From Trichoplax sp. H2 (taxonomy: Eukaryota): a stretch of 64,000 nt of DNA. The stretch covers positions 1 through 64,000 of the forward strand of contig NOWV01000121.1 in the NCBI GenBank assembly GCA_003344405.1, written 5' to 3'. A model generated the notes under the pieces. The model was given only the letters and a program-made list of their open reading frames with translations, was not told the origin of the DNA and did no database searches. The translations under genes were made by a program, and so were the position numbers. Numbering within the stretch: the first letter of the stretch is position 1; the number at the start of each line of letters is the position of its first letter. Of this stretch, positions 1 to 14,300 are shown piece by piece.

Positions 1-477
1 TCATAAAGCAACTAGGCTATATATACAATCTATCCGTACTCGTATATATTGTAAAGCGTACGTACTGGATAGATTTGATTATTTTTGTGGCAGTTATTTC
101 TAGATTTTAATGAATGTCAGATTTTGACGCTCAAACTGAATAAGGACCGTATAGTAGCGCTGGAAAATATTACATAAGAGGTTGAATATGGAAACTCTTA
201 TTTTAATTATTACCGAAAAGGACAGCACGTCTATTTGATTTGTAAGCGACATTTATGAATATTGATAATCCTGAGAGATATTACATTTGGTAATGTATAT
301 AGGCTTTTTATACCAATTATGGTATAGCTGTTAGTAACATTGTCTACGGATACTCGTTATGTATATTAGCTAGGTATTCATAGTTCTAATGATAGATTTG
401 TAAAGATTTCTGATGCAATACCTCAGCCTTTACATAATTATATGGGTCTAGTCAATCTGCAAACGATTTGGTTGTAA

Positions 478-566
478 TGTTACAGCCAATGTCGGTAATG
501 GCTGATATTATCGGTAATGGCCAGCCATTACCGGTAATATCATCATTACCGACATTGGCTGTAACA
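478..566. mobile_element. 89-bp palindromic MITE-like element with TGT...ACA termini and 4-bp TSD (GTAA); Ginger-like termini
   Basis: TGTTACAGCCAATGTCGGTAATG (478-500) is the exact reverse complement of CATTACCGACATTGGCTGTAACA (544-566). Inner arms TGATATTA/TAATATCA and CGGTAATGG/CCATTACCG close on a CCAG loop. GTAA lies immediately on both sides (474-477 and 567-570). Confidence 0.7.
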
Positions 567-1803
567 GTAATATTAAACTAAAAACACTCAGAGTTAGCTA
601 CTTTACTTTGCCTTTTTACGCGTTGTAGAGTAGCTATCAATAGAACTTGATTAAAAATCACCAATACTTATTTAGTTAGTTGAATGCGAGACGACAGTAA
701 TAAAAACATTAAGGTTTTTAGTGAGCTAATACAATATACCGTGGTAAAATTATGAGTTACATCATAAATTTCCGCATTCATATTCAGGTATTATCTACAA
801 AGATCGATCTTAGTATTGAATCCTTTTCATAATAGATGAAATAGTCACGCCATTTTATTCTGAGCAATTGGAAGGAGTGTAAAAATTAGCTATACTTAAA
901 TTAAAAATTTAAAGTAAAATGAACGTATTTCCGATCACTGCATGCTGTGTGGACAGCGATATTTCGGTACAGTTTTTATATTATACTCGTAAACCCACAA
1001 TGAAATAGTAGATGAAAATATTTATCTAAATGCGTTTTCTTGCTATTTCACCACTTGTTATGATTTTTGACCATTATTATATTTGTGAGAGTGTTACCAC
1101 ATTTGCTGGCATCAGCAATATTCCGTTAGTAAATACTTAGTTTGTTCAAGTGTATAACGGCCAAGTAAGAACGATAATGTTTTACGTCAATATTCTATAG
1201 CTATACAGGACTCGCTGAAAGATTTCTAGCTGATCTTCCTTGTTACAAGGTAAAAGAGTTTCGAAAGTATAAAAGATATACAGTATATATATTTATTGCT
1301 CACAATACTAAATAAAGATCAAAATATAATTAAATGGTAAAACTTATAGTTCTTCCTGAGATTTTTAATACAGAGAAAATACTGTTGTGTGTATAATGAA
1401 TGAAGTTTTGTTATTTCACTAGAATAGCAGCTATAAATTAATTCATTGGTAACTGCTACGTCATAAGTTAATTGATTCGTAAATAGTCTAAGCTTTATGT
1501 GATAATCAATAGTAAAGTAAATATTCTTGTGGATAGACAAATGAGAATTATCGTAATTAGGAGGTAGCCGTTGGCAACATACTCACATTTATACGGTTAC
1601 AAATACAATAGCAATTATTCTTGGATTGCTTCTTATTTAACCGGGAAAAGAGCATAGAGTTTCAGCTACTGTTACTAAGTAAGGTATCATCAAGTAGTGT
1701 ATGAGTACATTACAAATTACTAATACCCTTCTAGCAGATAAAACTGTAATCAACAGGTTGGTAAAAGTAGTGCAGGAAACTATAGACCAAGTAAAGCACA
1801 ATT

Positions 1804-4800
1804 ATGATGGAAGAATCCAAAGCACTTTTAACACCGGAATCAGATAAATATGGAAGAAAAGAATCGGAGGATACCTTAGGATCTGCTGATGCGGCATGTT
1901 GTAGCTATCGTATTGAAAAAGGACACGGAAAATATGCCATGATTGGTTGTTTGATTTTACTACTATTTTTATGTGTTACTGTGCCATTACTAGCTGTAGT
2001 TGTAAATAATATTTCAAAGCCATCCAAGGTTCCTCCTTTGAATGCTAACACATCTTCCCAGATAAATAACGCTCCTTTTCCTTATCAAAATCCGCGTTTA
2101 CCTAAACATATTGTACCCCTTTACTACATTATGAAACTTAATATTCAATTTGATAAATTAATTACTGACGGTCAAGTCAATATAACATTACATGTAACCA
2201 AACCTACGAATTTTATCGTTTTTCATCATGTCTTAATTGATATACAGCTAGTAAATATATATCAATCGCGACTACCGACTATTAAACCTATCAGGATTGA
2301 TGGCAAGCAATATAATTCATCCTTACAAATGTTCTATATCAAGTTATCATCCAACTTAGCTGTCCATACCAACTATACATTATCAATCAAATTTACAAGT
2401 AAAGTTTTCACTGATAGGCTGAAAGGGTTATATTTAAATAACTACACTGATATCCATGGTCGGCACAGGTTAGCGCTTTACTACTTGATTGGATTTAGTT
2501 CACTTATATATCGATGCTTAATTGCAGTTCTTAATTTATTTATTAGTGTAACATATCAATCATAAAGCTTAACATTACTAAAGTTGATTTATTTTCATTG
2601 CATGATTAGAATAGTATTAGTATACATGTATAATGAAAGTAAAAAAATCAAGTCTTATTGCTACTAGTATTCGTTAGTTTACAATAAACTTCATAACAAT
2701 CTAATATGTATTGCTTCAAAATCTCTGTCATGAATGTAGGCATCTAGCTATCACTCAATTTGAATCCGTTTTCGCTCGATTAGCATTTCCTTGCTTTGAT
2801 GAACCTGGCTTTAAAACACCTTATAAAATCTACATTGCTCGACCTAAAAATTTTCATGTTCTGTCTAACATGCCTACAATAACGGAACGATCTCTAACCA
2901 GCCAAATTGTGGAAGCTGAATTTGCTACCACTCCGCCTTTAAGTTCTTATCTCATCGCTTATGTAATCGGCAATCTAGCTCACTTGGAAATAAAATCTAA
3001 TAGTAATATCACGGTAAGAAAATAAGAATTATTTTATACAGTTTCAGTTTAGATTTAAATATCGTGTGGAATAGAATGTTGCTTTAATACCGCATAGTTC
3101 AATCTTCATAGTCAGGAAATATTGTGTACGATAAGGATGATATAGTATAGCACTATCAATTATTTTACTGCAGTCCGACAGCTTAATTTTTTCCAAATGA
3201 AAGGAAAAGTAGTTTATTCTTCCAGAGCGGTACTCTTAACTAATACGATATCCTTGTTTTTATTGAAGATGCTTAATTTATCACTATTGTTGCGTCTGAT
3301 TTTATTAGCTGCGGATTTGGTGCTCCCCTAATATGCTTAATTACACCAAATTAGCTATTAATCACGCTAAAATAGTTGTGGCACAATTTGAAAACTTATT
3401 CCACATGAAGTTGAACTCTTCCAAATTAGGTTGAATTGAAGACTTTACAGAATAAATTTTGACTCTTAAACCATTCATTAAACTCTTAACTGTAATTAAT
3501 CCTTAATTCACATACAGATATGGTCCTAGCACCTAATTATTTAAGTGGAGGAATGGAAAATTGGGGACTGATTACCTATCCAGAAAGCTCTGCAATTTAC
3601 ATGCCAGTTGAAAATCAACAGCGACAAACTGTGATTAGTACCGTTACCCACGAAATAGCTCATCAGGTAATTAATCGCCGTGATTCATGTTTGATTAATT
3701 ATTGTATATGGGCTTTATAGACGCAGATTAATAAGTTAATATTGATGTAAATTTATTAATGCAAGTCTTAAGGCGATCAATACTTTGGCTGCCGACCTTT
3801 CATATACAATGTGTCCTTTATAACGATCATTAACCTGCAGTATTATCTTACCGTCTTTAGTGGTTTGGCAATATCGTGACTATCAAATGGTGGAATGAAT
3901 TATGGGTTAAAGAAGGCTTTGCAACGTTGATGGAGTTTGTCAGTGAATACAAATTGACAACAATGAAACAGGCGGTAACTAGATCTATCCTGCAAATATC
4001 GCTGTTGCTAAACCTTACATTTTACAGAACTATATGTTCTAATAACGAGTATTTACCTTTAGATGGCATCCTTCTTCCAAAGTAACCATCTAGCAGCGCT
4101 GAAGGAAGATAGTTTCTTTGCTTCACATGCACTATCGATGCCAATTTCAACCCTTGAAAAAATTAAAGCAAATTATGATAGCATAGAATATGCCAAGGTA
4201 AACTGATTTCTTGAAAAATTTGTAATTTGAAATAGTTTAAATATCTCTCTCTTGTCCAGGATACATACATATTCGTCTGACTAGCTAAGCTTCTATGATA
4301 CGTATTTATAACCATTTTAATCCTCAATCTATTCATAGGGAGCATGTATTCTACAAATGTTATTATTTTTTTTGGGTGAGAAGACTTTCCTCCAAGGAAC
4401 TGAGCATTATCTATATAAGTGGAAATCGAAAACCGCAAGCAGCCAAGATTTATGGAAATCTTTTGATAAGGTACGAAAATATATGTTTAGCGACAATCCT
4501 ATGAGCGCTACTATGATCTTGCATTACAAAGATTCAAAAGAGTTGATTATTATATATAACTGAAGTTTTGGCTTAAAGACAGAAAGATGATTTCTTCAGT
4601 CATTCTTAAATATTCGTAGCAGTAGGATACTGAAATTCATCGTCGCAAATCGTGTCCTTATTTACATTAAGAATGTTATTTTTTTTAACATATATTATGA
4701 ACTAAAGCTCTATTTTGAGCAAAGTTAGGGCAGCTAATTTTTTTGCATTCTCGGTAATCACTTAGAATAAAATCATCGATTAAATAAGCGTGTTAGAAAT

Positions 4801-7800
4801 CTAGAAAATTTCTTACAGTCTTTTACAGTTTTAAAGTATGCTGAACGATAGCTCTCGATTCTTTCAAAATTTTACGCATGCAAATCTTAATTTATCAATA
4901 ATTCTTCCCTAATATTGGGTTAATTTTGTAATCTACATTAAATTTATATCGCTCAACCCTCAAAAATAGTGCACCTACCCCATTGGTGATGAAACTACGT
5001 ATATTATTACGTTTTATTATTTGCATTTCGATAAATTTCTAGCGAAAACATAAAATTAAGCACTTGATAGATATTGAGATGTACCATGCTGTATTTAAAA
5101 GAAATAAGTTTAATACTCCTGAAGTTTCAAATAATTATCTGATCAGTCTAATTTTTTATAGGTTTCTAAATATAACATAAGTAAGATGATGTCAGCTTGG
5201 ACAAGTCAGCCTGGATATCCACTAGTTACTGTCAATATTGATCGAATTCGCTTGCAAGCTAACATCTCCGTTTCAAAATTTATGTGGTTTCATCACATAA
5301 AATCAAACGATATAAAAACTTCCAATAGGTATGGCGTTGCAACACAAGTTATCCTCTTACAATGTATTTTATTTTTGATTAATATCGAGAAAATAATATG
5401 CTAATGAACTTACTTCACTGCATACTAGTGAATCTTGCAAATCGAATATTCTTATCTCTTTAAGAGTCTTATTAAGTAAAAATGCAATGCATTCTGTTTG
5501 TGATGGTTAAAGTTTAAAAATAATAATGATAAATTTCTTCCTTTTTATCTGTCACAACTACAAATAGAGAATTCTGGCAAGTACCGTTTATTTATAAAAC
5601 AAATTATAATCACGGACGTATCGTCATTGCCAAATCACCAAGTAAATACGCCATTAATAAGGAAGAAATATCTTTACCTCTTTATTGCAGTAAAAATTCA
5701 GATATATTTTTGAAAAATTTCATTTTATAGCGATTATCAAACTTCGCAAACCAAATGACTGGTTGCTTGGAAATCTTTTAAGTACTGGCTTTTACCGAGT
5801 GAATTATGATTACAGATCGTGGCAAAAATTTATTCAGTTACTGAAAGCTAATCACAGGGTGAATATTTATTGAATAGTATCATGATCTATAAGTATGAGT
5901 AATAAAACTTCAATGCTATCCGCTAAATATTCAGTATAACCTAGGTGCATTCTAATTTCTAGATAATAAATGTACAAGACAGGGCGACGCTGCTAGATGA
6001 TTCATTTAGTTTAAATAGGTGCGGTATAATATCGGAAATTCTTCTTCCGTCAATATCATTATAGTTACCATAGTTCAAACATGTTTTCCTTGCTTCTAGG
6101 TTTTATTCCGTAATTAGCTGAGATTCTAACAAATTTTAACCGTTGTTTACTCCTCAGAGCCGGGAAGCTTCCCGTAGAAATATTCTTCAACATGACTCGA
6201 TATATATTTAATGAAACAAGTGAAGTACCACGGACTACCGTTAAAGAACATCTCAATGACATTAATAACATGTTGGATAGCGGAATGGATAAGATCAACA
6301 TGAAAGTGAGCTTCTATAATTAATTTTCTAATTTTAATTTTTAGTTCAATCCATTTCATGATTTATGATGTTAGATTAAAGAATGAATTGAACAATGACA
6401 TAATATCTTATAATTTTTTTATTTCGTAAAAAAGAAATATCTTACCTACTTGAAATATAAAATGCAAGGACTACAGTAAGTATCGATATAAAATATGCAA
6501 ATGGAATGATACATATTAAACCCGAAGTTCAATAGAATAGTAGTGATTGATTAACATAACTCGAAGTGCAGGATGTTCTTATAAACTAATATGCAGATAT
6601 AGTCAACCTAAGTTATGCTAAGTTATATGAAGAATTAAAATACCTCTTCTGTTTCGTAAATTGTAGGTTTAGTCAAATAAATCTAACCATGTATCGTTCC
6701 TGGTTATATGATAACAAACCGTAAGTCTCTTGGTTGATCAATAAAATTTGACACGACTATCATTGCAAGCTTAGAAAGAGAATTAATACTCACGTTGGTT
6801 CTTGTGCAATTTGGGCGTACTGAGATTATTTTACTTAGTGCATTTTCGCTCTAGTTAAATCTAATTCAATCTAATTTATTTTCACCTATAGAATTAGACA
6901 CAGACTAGTGGTTAGTTTTTACAGCATTTGAATAAACTTTAGACTAAAGCTAAGACGTAATCTGAACAGGCGTGATATCAAGACCACTAATTAATGTACT
7001 GAACTGTAGATTGTACAATTCAATTGCTTATCAAAAATATCATTTCAACTTTTGATTTTAAATAATGCATATAGGTTCCAGGGTTTAAATTGCTTAATCT
7101 CACAAATAAATTCTTGTTGAGAATGAGAAATTAATTTCGAGTAATTGATGTTTATATAGAGTCAGGAATTTTTAGGAAATTAAAGCTAAAATCGTATCAT
7201 ATAATCAAATTGAACTATGACAAATCCGGAAAGATTGAAACATATATATTATATTTAACTCTTACAATAGGGTACTTGTTTCCGGAGTAATTTATTACAG
7301 TTTAATGGATAATATTTGAATATAGCGTAAATTTACGACAAATTTCATTGACGTGCTACTATAGGTGTATGAGTATAAGAATAAATTAAGTTAGAACCAT
7401 GTTACAAGTGTAGCATTATATATTAGTTGTGCATAGATCACAATTTACTGAAATTCAGGCCTAGATTGCTGAAGATTTTATCTAATGATCCTTCTATTAT
7501 CTAAATTTAAGGCTCCAACCGACACAATTTCGAAGTATATTATTTATCGGAAGCAAATTTGGGTCTACTCGTGACTGGAATAGGCTGCTCACCAGATATT
7601 TAGATACACGGGGGAATTGGAAAAAAGCAATTATGCAAGAAGCATTAGCTGCTACCACTAAAAAATTTCTTATTTCGAAGTAAGTCTAATCACTTTTTCA
7701 AAAAATTATATTTTTTTGTTCTCATATACTTCATTGCTATTGAAAAAGTAACAGTAACACCCAATAGTTAAGTGAAAATCTACATTACCTGTTGAGGGTA

Positions 7801-8526
7801 ACAATTTATTATAATTAAGAGTTTTATTTTAACGAGATTATCACTTCTTCTAGGCTTTTGAAAACTGCTATTAACAACAAAAAGGTTAATAATAATAGAT
7901 TAAAGGCAATTCTAGCGGCAGTTTCTCAACATTTTGTAAATAGAAAAATCATATGGAACTTTTTTACGAAGCATTGGAAGGTGTTAAATCAAAGGTAAGT
8001 AAATTCAGATGTGTTTAAATTACGGTCGTGATAATAATGATGGGAATATTGACCTGGATTTATATTCTCTCCACTCAGATTCAGTTACCAGCCTAATGCC
8101 TTAAGAATAATTTTGAGGGATATAACCAAGAAATTTTACACTCAAGAAGAACTTCAAATGGTAATAAGTAGACTTCTTATTATTTATTCACCTTACATTA
8201 CGTAATCTATTGCGTGTTTATATAGTTTTACTTACTTTAAGTGGAAATCAGCATCAATTCAGGAGTACTAATAGCTGATCATCCACTTATGAATTCTAGA
8301 TATATAAATAAACTGTGATATTCTCGTATTTCTTACATAATTTTAATCTTTCTGTCTGATAATTAAACGCTATTAGGTTATTAAATTTTTCCAAAATCGA
8401 CGCTTGAGATACGGTGAACGTGATGTAAGCAAATCAATCGATCTCATCGCCGGTAGAGTACACTGGAAGAAGGTATACAGTTTAAGCACTAGTAAATGGC
8501 TACAAGATGCCGTAAGAAGACTATAG
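1804..8526 (+). CDS. Type II membrane M1 zinc aminopeptidase (APN/ERAP/IRAP-like), paralog 1, 18 exons
   Basis: Manual exons: 1804-2468, 2740-3013, 3309-3429, 3518-3666, 3861-3974, 4063-4197, 4339-4470, 5162-5328, 5568-5641, 5731-5858, 5963-6018, 6158-6305, 6435-6475, 6667-6720, 7512-7679, 7854-7994, 8079-8160, 8377-8526, all GT-AG and in phase. Motifs: N-terminal TM helix, [35 protein letters not shown]-x18-E (WVKEG), catalytic Tyr in [32 protein letters not shown]; ends at TAG. Confidence 0.92.
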
Positions 8527-11301
8527 AGAAAAATAATAACCAATCATTTTACCGTTGCCTAGTGTTGCTGGTAACTTTTAAGGAAAAACAGAAATTTGTC
8601 ATTACAGTATTGCACTTACTAATGACGTTCTGAAAGCTCTCATTATTTCTAAAACACATCTTTCATTATTTGTATGTCATAAATCCGCTTACAGCATTTC
8701 CAAAATTTCTTGAAAAGAAAAAATATAGGGATAATAACACCATTTGATAAGAATTAGAATAAAAATTACTCTTCACTCTTAAGTCCATATTCTTTCAATC
8801 AGCAACTCAGTCCTTTAGGCCTTATTTTTGTTGCATGTAATCTGCTAAGCATAACATACAAGGTGATAAGATTTTAGTTCATGCGATATTACTACATTAT
8901 AAAAGATCTTGGTATATGTGGCAATTAATTCCAATCAATAAGTTACAGTAACTACGTAAGGGCTTGAAGAATGAAATTTTTGTTTGGTGCGAGTATTATA
9001 GAAAAATCGTATTGCTTACGATTTCTTACGGCTATTAACGCTACAACCTGAAATAAATTAATATAATATTGTAGCTATGAATAACGCGGGTAAAATACCT
9101 TTCTTACGATATATTAGACTATAAATTACCGTGATTTTATTGATAAAAGGTATTCGTAGCTGGAGGAAAAAAATATATTTCCTTTTACGATTATCTTCGC
9201 CAAAATGCAATAAAAATATCGCAATACTATTCCAGCTAATCTTAAAAATCAAGTTCTTATAAAATAATTACTTCAGTCAAGATAGAAATAAAAAGGCTTT
9301 CATTAGAGAATTGAAGAATAGTGAAGGGTTAATTCACTACTAGCAAGAATCTAATTTAAAGGATATTGAGCTCAATAGAGGTGCAGTTTAAGCTCTTATC
9401 TGCACTTCATAAATACAATTTAATCTGTTTACGGCAGCAAAGTTGCTTACAAACGGACTTGAGCCATCGAATAAATACTTTTCTTCTAAAATAGACAATC
9501 TCTATATTTTATCATATGAATCAATCAGCTTAAAATATCATTGCTCTTCTGTTAATGTATAAAACTGCAAGGTATTTGGCCTCTACACAATAATTTATTA
9601 CGTCAGGTCAGTTGAATCTTGTAACGTACTTTACGCCAATATTTGCAATTAATAATATCTAACAGAGGAATTAGCAATTATTTAGTATTAGCATCATATT
9701 AGAAATTGAACTATAGAAAATATAGCCTTCAAGACAATCAAATACGGGTTGTATGACTATACAAACATAAACTATAAATGAATAAGAAGAGCAAGTTAGT
9801 TTCGACACATGCATTATTTCTTATGCTTCACTCTTAATGTACCATAGTTTCTATCGGCTTGCCGTGAATATAATAAGCCTTGTAAGTATTGTTTAGCTTA
9901 TTTTATATGTAGGAAGCTGTTCATCTGGTGTGCCAACGACTCTAACGTATATGGCTGGAGAAACCAGAATAGTTATATTTGAGCCAGACTGATTGTTTAA
10001 TTGACGCAACATTCAAAACTAAATATCTAAAGTCATTATCATGGGGAATTTCTCTAGATTTAATGAAGTACTTTCCTTAAATCAAAGTTAGCTAATAGAA
10101 AGGAATTCTGAAAGATATCAATCTTAAGTATCCTAATTTCATTGCTTTCGAATAGTCAATTAATGACCGAGATGATTGACATGCGATTGGCATTGCATTA
10201 GTATGCCGGTGAGTTCTGAATCACAAAACTAATTGCTTCTATACTTGAAACGGAAATGAAAGCCTTATGGCTAATCATTGGTAAACTATTATCTTAAATT
10301 AAACTATTAGATCTGTATTCCGCTGTGAATACTAAAGGAACTGTATTGAAATTGTCTGCCTGAGAAAGAATTACGAACGAATTTTATTTCGTAAAACCGG
10401 CTTACTATACTTATTTCAGTGATCTTTGAACTCGAAATCGCGCTACAATTACGATAGCAGAAGGGATTTATTTTGGACTCGAATAAAGATCAAATTACTA
10501 ATGGCTTTCATTCAATGATTTTTGAACCCTAAATTGACTGTGTCATTGCATTTTTGATAGTACAACTCGATTAAATGCTTATGGATTACATTGGAATTAC
10601 CAAGGTTTTCATTCAGCAGTCAATAAAGTGAAGAACACGTACTATAAACTGTAATAATAGTAATCATACTATCATAAATGGGTTGAAATCATAAAGATAA
10701 ATAGAAATTGCTAATGGCTGTCATTCAATGGCCAGATGATAGACATCTATAAATATCTTAGCAAATAAGTTCCGGCCCCCAAAACGCAATAGAAATACGT
10801 CATTACTAAACCCCTCGAGGGTTTACTCATTTGATTATTCTATAAAAAAATAGCCATCAGCGATGCAGAATTAATTAACCCATTCACCTGCTTATGATGG
10901 CTACGCAAGCCTTCAAGCAAAATTTTTAACTTAGTCTTGTTATATCTTAATAATGAACTGATTTAATAGGATTCTGTGCTATTAAAATGAATATTAAAAG
11001 CTATAATCGGACCTTGTTCTGCTTGCTGTAGAATTAACAATAGTTTACAAAGGAAAATGGATAATAGCACAGTAGGCGAATCCCCACAACGACCTAAGTT
11101 AATCGCCAAGAAGATAGAACAAATGAGTGAAAATCAGTTAATTATTAAAGTTAGTTCTAATCCTTAACTACTGTAGACCAATGAATCAAGGATTAAGTTT
11201 CAGGAAAAGATTGATTTTAGAACCTTAAAATATTTTAATTTTTGTCCATCTTGAATGAAATTGGAGTCCATAAATTAGTCATTACCAAGTCGGTTATCAA
11301 G

Positions 11302-14300
11302 ATGGATGATATGATGAGTTTACGTGATACTACGGAGAGAGGCAGCGATAGAAAAAAGGTTAAATCGCCTAAAATATGTCCGAAAATCCACTCTGAACAT
11401 AATGCTAATGTAACGAAGCGTAATTATTCCGCCCTAGCTGCTGTTGCGGTCGTCAGTGTCTTCTTAATGGTGGCGATATCCACATCTGTACTGACAGAAG
11501 ATACAAATACAGCCGGCTTTTCATCCAATTCGAATAGTCTTAATAAAGAATATCGTCGTGAAATAGCGTCTAATGAATTTCCCTATCGTGATTTACGTCT
11601 ACCCAAGCATATCTTTCCCATACATTACCAATTGCACCTTAGACATGATCTAGACAATCTGATAATTCACGGTCATAGTCAAATTGTTATTGGTTGTACA
11701 AGGAAAACGAATTTTATTGTTTTTCACCACAACGATTCCATCGTTTTATCCGTCAATATAGCTCTATCTTCAAATGTTAGCAACAAGTTACAAATTCGAG
11801 ATAATCGCTACAGCTCACTACTACAACTACGATACCTTCAATTCGACCAAGACTTACTACCAAATGTCAATTATACGTTGACTATTCAGTTTCGAAGTAA
11901 GATCTATCTAAATTCGATCAATGGACTCTATCGTAGTACATACACAGATGGTAATAATGAAATAAGGTTTGTTGATAGCATTACACTTGCAAGTGGAAAG
12001 GATTAATATTAAGTTATTTTACTACTTTTCTATGTCAAGACTTTATTAATAATAACATAATCATTTTATGGTTATCGAGTTTGGATCTAGTAGTCTTTGA
12101 ATAGCAATTTGAGTAATTCAAATAGGATGCTTTTCGTCTACATTGTTCTATTTAATATGATAAAGTTTATTACTACATTTCCTGCTTATAGTCCATCGTG
12201 TCTGTTTTATTTCAATTTTACAGTTAATAATAATTAAGTGATGATTTTCTCACTTTATCAATTAGATATGCCTATGTTACACATTTTGAACCTGTTTACA
12301 CCCGACTTGCATTTCCTTGTTTCGATGAACCGTCTATGAAAGCTACGTTCAAGTTGTTTATTACTCGACCAAGGGAATATGGTGTTCTTTCGAATATGCC
12401 TTTGAAAACTGATCGGATTATTTCCAATAGTAGCGCTGAAGCGGAGTTTAAGACGACTCCTCGAATGAGTTCTTATGTAGTTGCTTATACGATATTAAAT
12501 TATACCCACATTAGTACGAAAACATCAACAGGTATCAAGGTAAATATATAACATAGATGTAGACCACTAGTAGTGATAGGATTATCAATAATTACTGATT
12601 TAGTTAATTTGCTAGTAGAAGTAGAGAGAAATTGAATCATTTTTAAATATAGTCAGTTGAGATCCGCTACTATACCGAGAGCTTGTAGATTTTATATCGC
12701 GTACATTGATCGCCATCAAGGTAAATGTGTACGTAGACGTAGACTGCTATTAATTTCAAGATTACCAATAATTACTGGTTTAGTTAATTTGCTACAGGAA
12801 GTAGAGAAGAAGCGAATCATTTTTTAATATAGTTAGTAGAGATCGGCTACCAGTATTTATAGACTTTGTATCGCATATATTGGTCGTTTTTCTATAGAAA
12901 TAATATTAATTGGGATGGTTTACAAATATAGATCCGCGCTTGGGCAGCACCAGCTAAGATAGATCAAATGAGACTTTCACTCGATTATGGTAGAAGATCG
13001 CTGGAGTTATATGAAAAGCTTTTTGGGGTTTCCTATCCGTTACCAAAACTAGGTAAAAAATTTATTCGACTTACTGCTTCATTATACTTGCGTTATTTAT
13101 ATTAAAGGTTTCGATGTACTTAAGCATTAAAGAATTAAAAATATTTTGTTTGTATTCCTATGAAAACCTGAGTTTTTCTCTTAAAAAATGATTAGGAGTT
13201 TTTTCACATTATGAATAGTATCATCCGTCTAAATTTCGCCTACATATCTTGATTTCTATTAAAATATCTAGACCTTGTCTGTGTCAAGAAAGCTGGAATA
13301 AGTGCCATGGAAAATTGGGGGTTGATCACATTTCCGGAAGAATCTTGCCTTTACTATCCAAAGACTGGTACCAACAAACACAGAGTTACCGCAACTCCAG
13401 CACATGAAATAGCTCATCATGTAAGTGAATATGTTCTTTCCTGATCCTTCTCGTAGTCAATCGATTATGATCTTAATCGGAGCATACTGTAGAGGGTATA
13501 TACTATAAAGCTTTAATCTAAAATTCTCATTAACAATGAGGATAATACAATATATATTAAAGCTTTAACGCTCACATTTCGTTTTATTATGAAAAGTGGG
13601 TTGGAGATCTGGTTTCAATAGGGTGGTGGAGTGAATTATTTTTGAAGGAAGGTTTCGCAACGGTTATGGAATTCTATTCTGCCTATTATCTGAAATCACC
13701 TAAACTTGCAGTAAGATATTATACAACAGAATATTTGTCAGCACAAATAAACTACTTAGCTTACCGTCAAATTTAATTTGCACATAAGATATCTTCTTCA
13801 TTATTAAGATCAAAGTATCTAATTAATAAACTAAGATATTTTACGACATTAGCAATTGCAATTCTTTCGAAATAAATGGGAAGGGGCAATAAAACGTGAT
13901 ATCTCCAGCACTTCTCATAGTGTTTCCACACCCGTGGATACTCCAGCGCAAATTAATGCGATATTTGACGGTATCATTTATCAAAAGGTAACTAAATCTA
14001 ATCTAATAAAAACCTACACTCGATAGAATCTTAAATTTATTCTTTCTTATTGTATTCGTCAACTTCTTCAGTTACAGCTATATTTTAACTGTTCATACAA
14101 TTATACATAGCAGTTAGTATGAAGGACTTTTTTTCCGTCCAGCTCAATAACTTCCATATCATTTTATTCTATCCTACTCTTGCAAACAGCAAGCATGAAT
14201 TGTTTGCTTGCCACCAACAATTCAAATAGCTTAGTTTCAATTATAGGAGTACCTCTTACGTATTTGTTTGTGAGTTTAATTATAATATAACTCCAATATC

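Noticed and set aside
10483-10745. Short degenerate repeat CTAATGGCT(T/G)TCATTCAATG at ~10498 and ~10711
   Set aside because: Too short and diverged to assign a structure or function.
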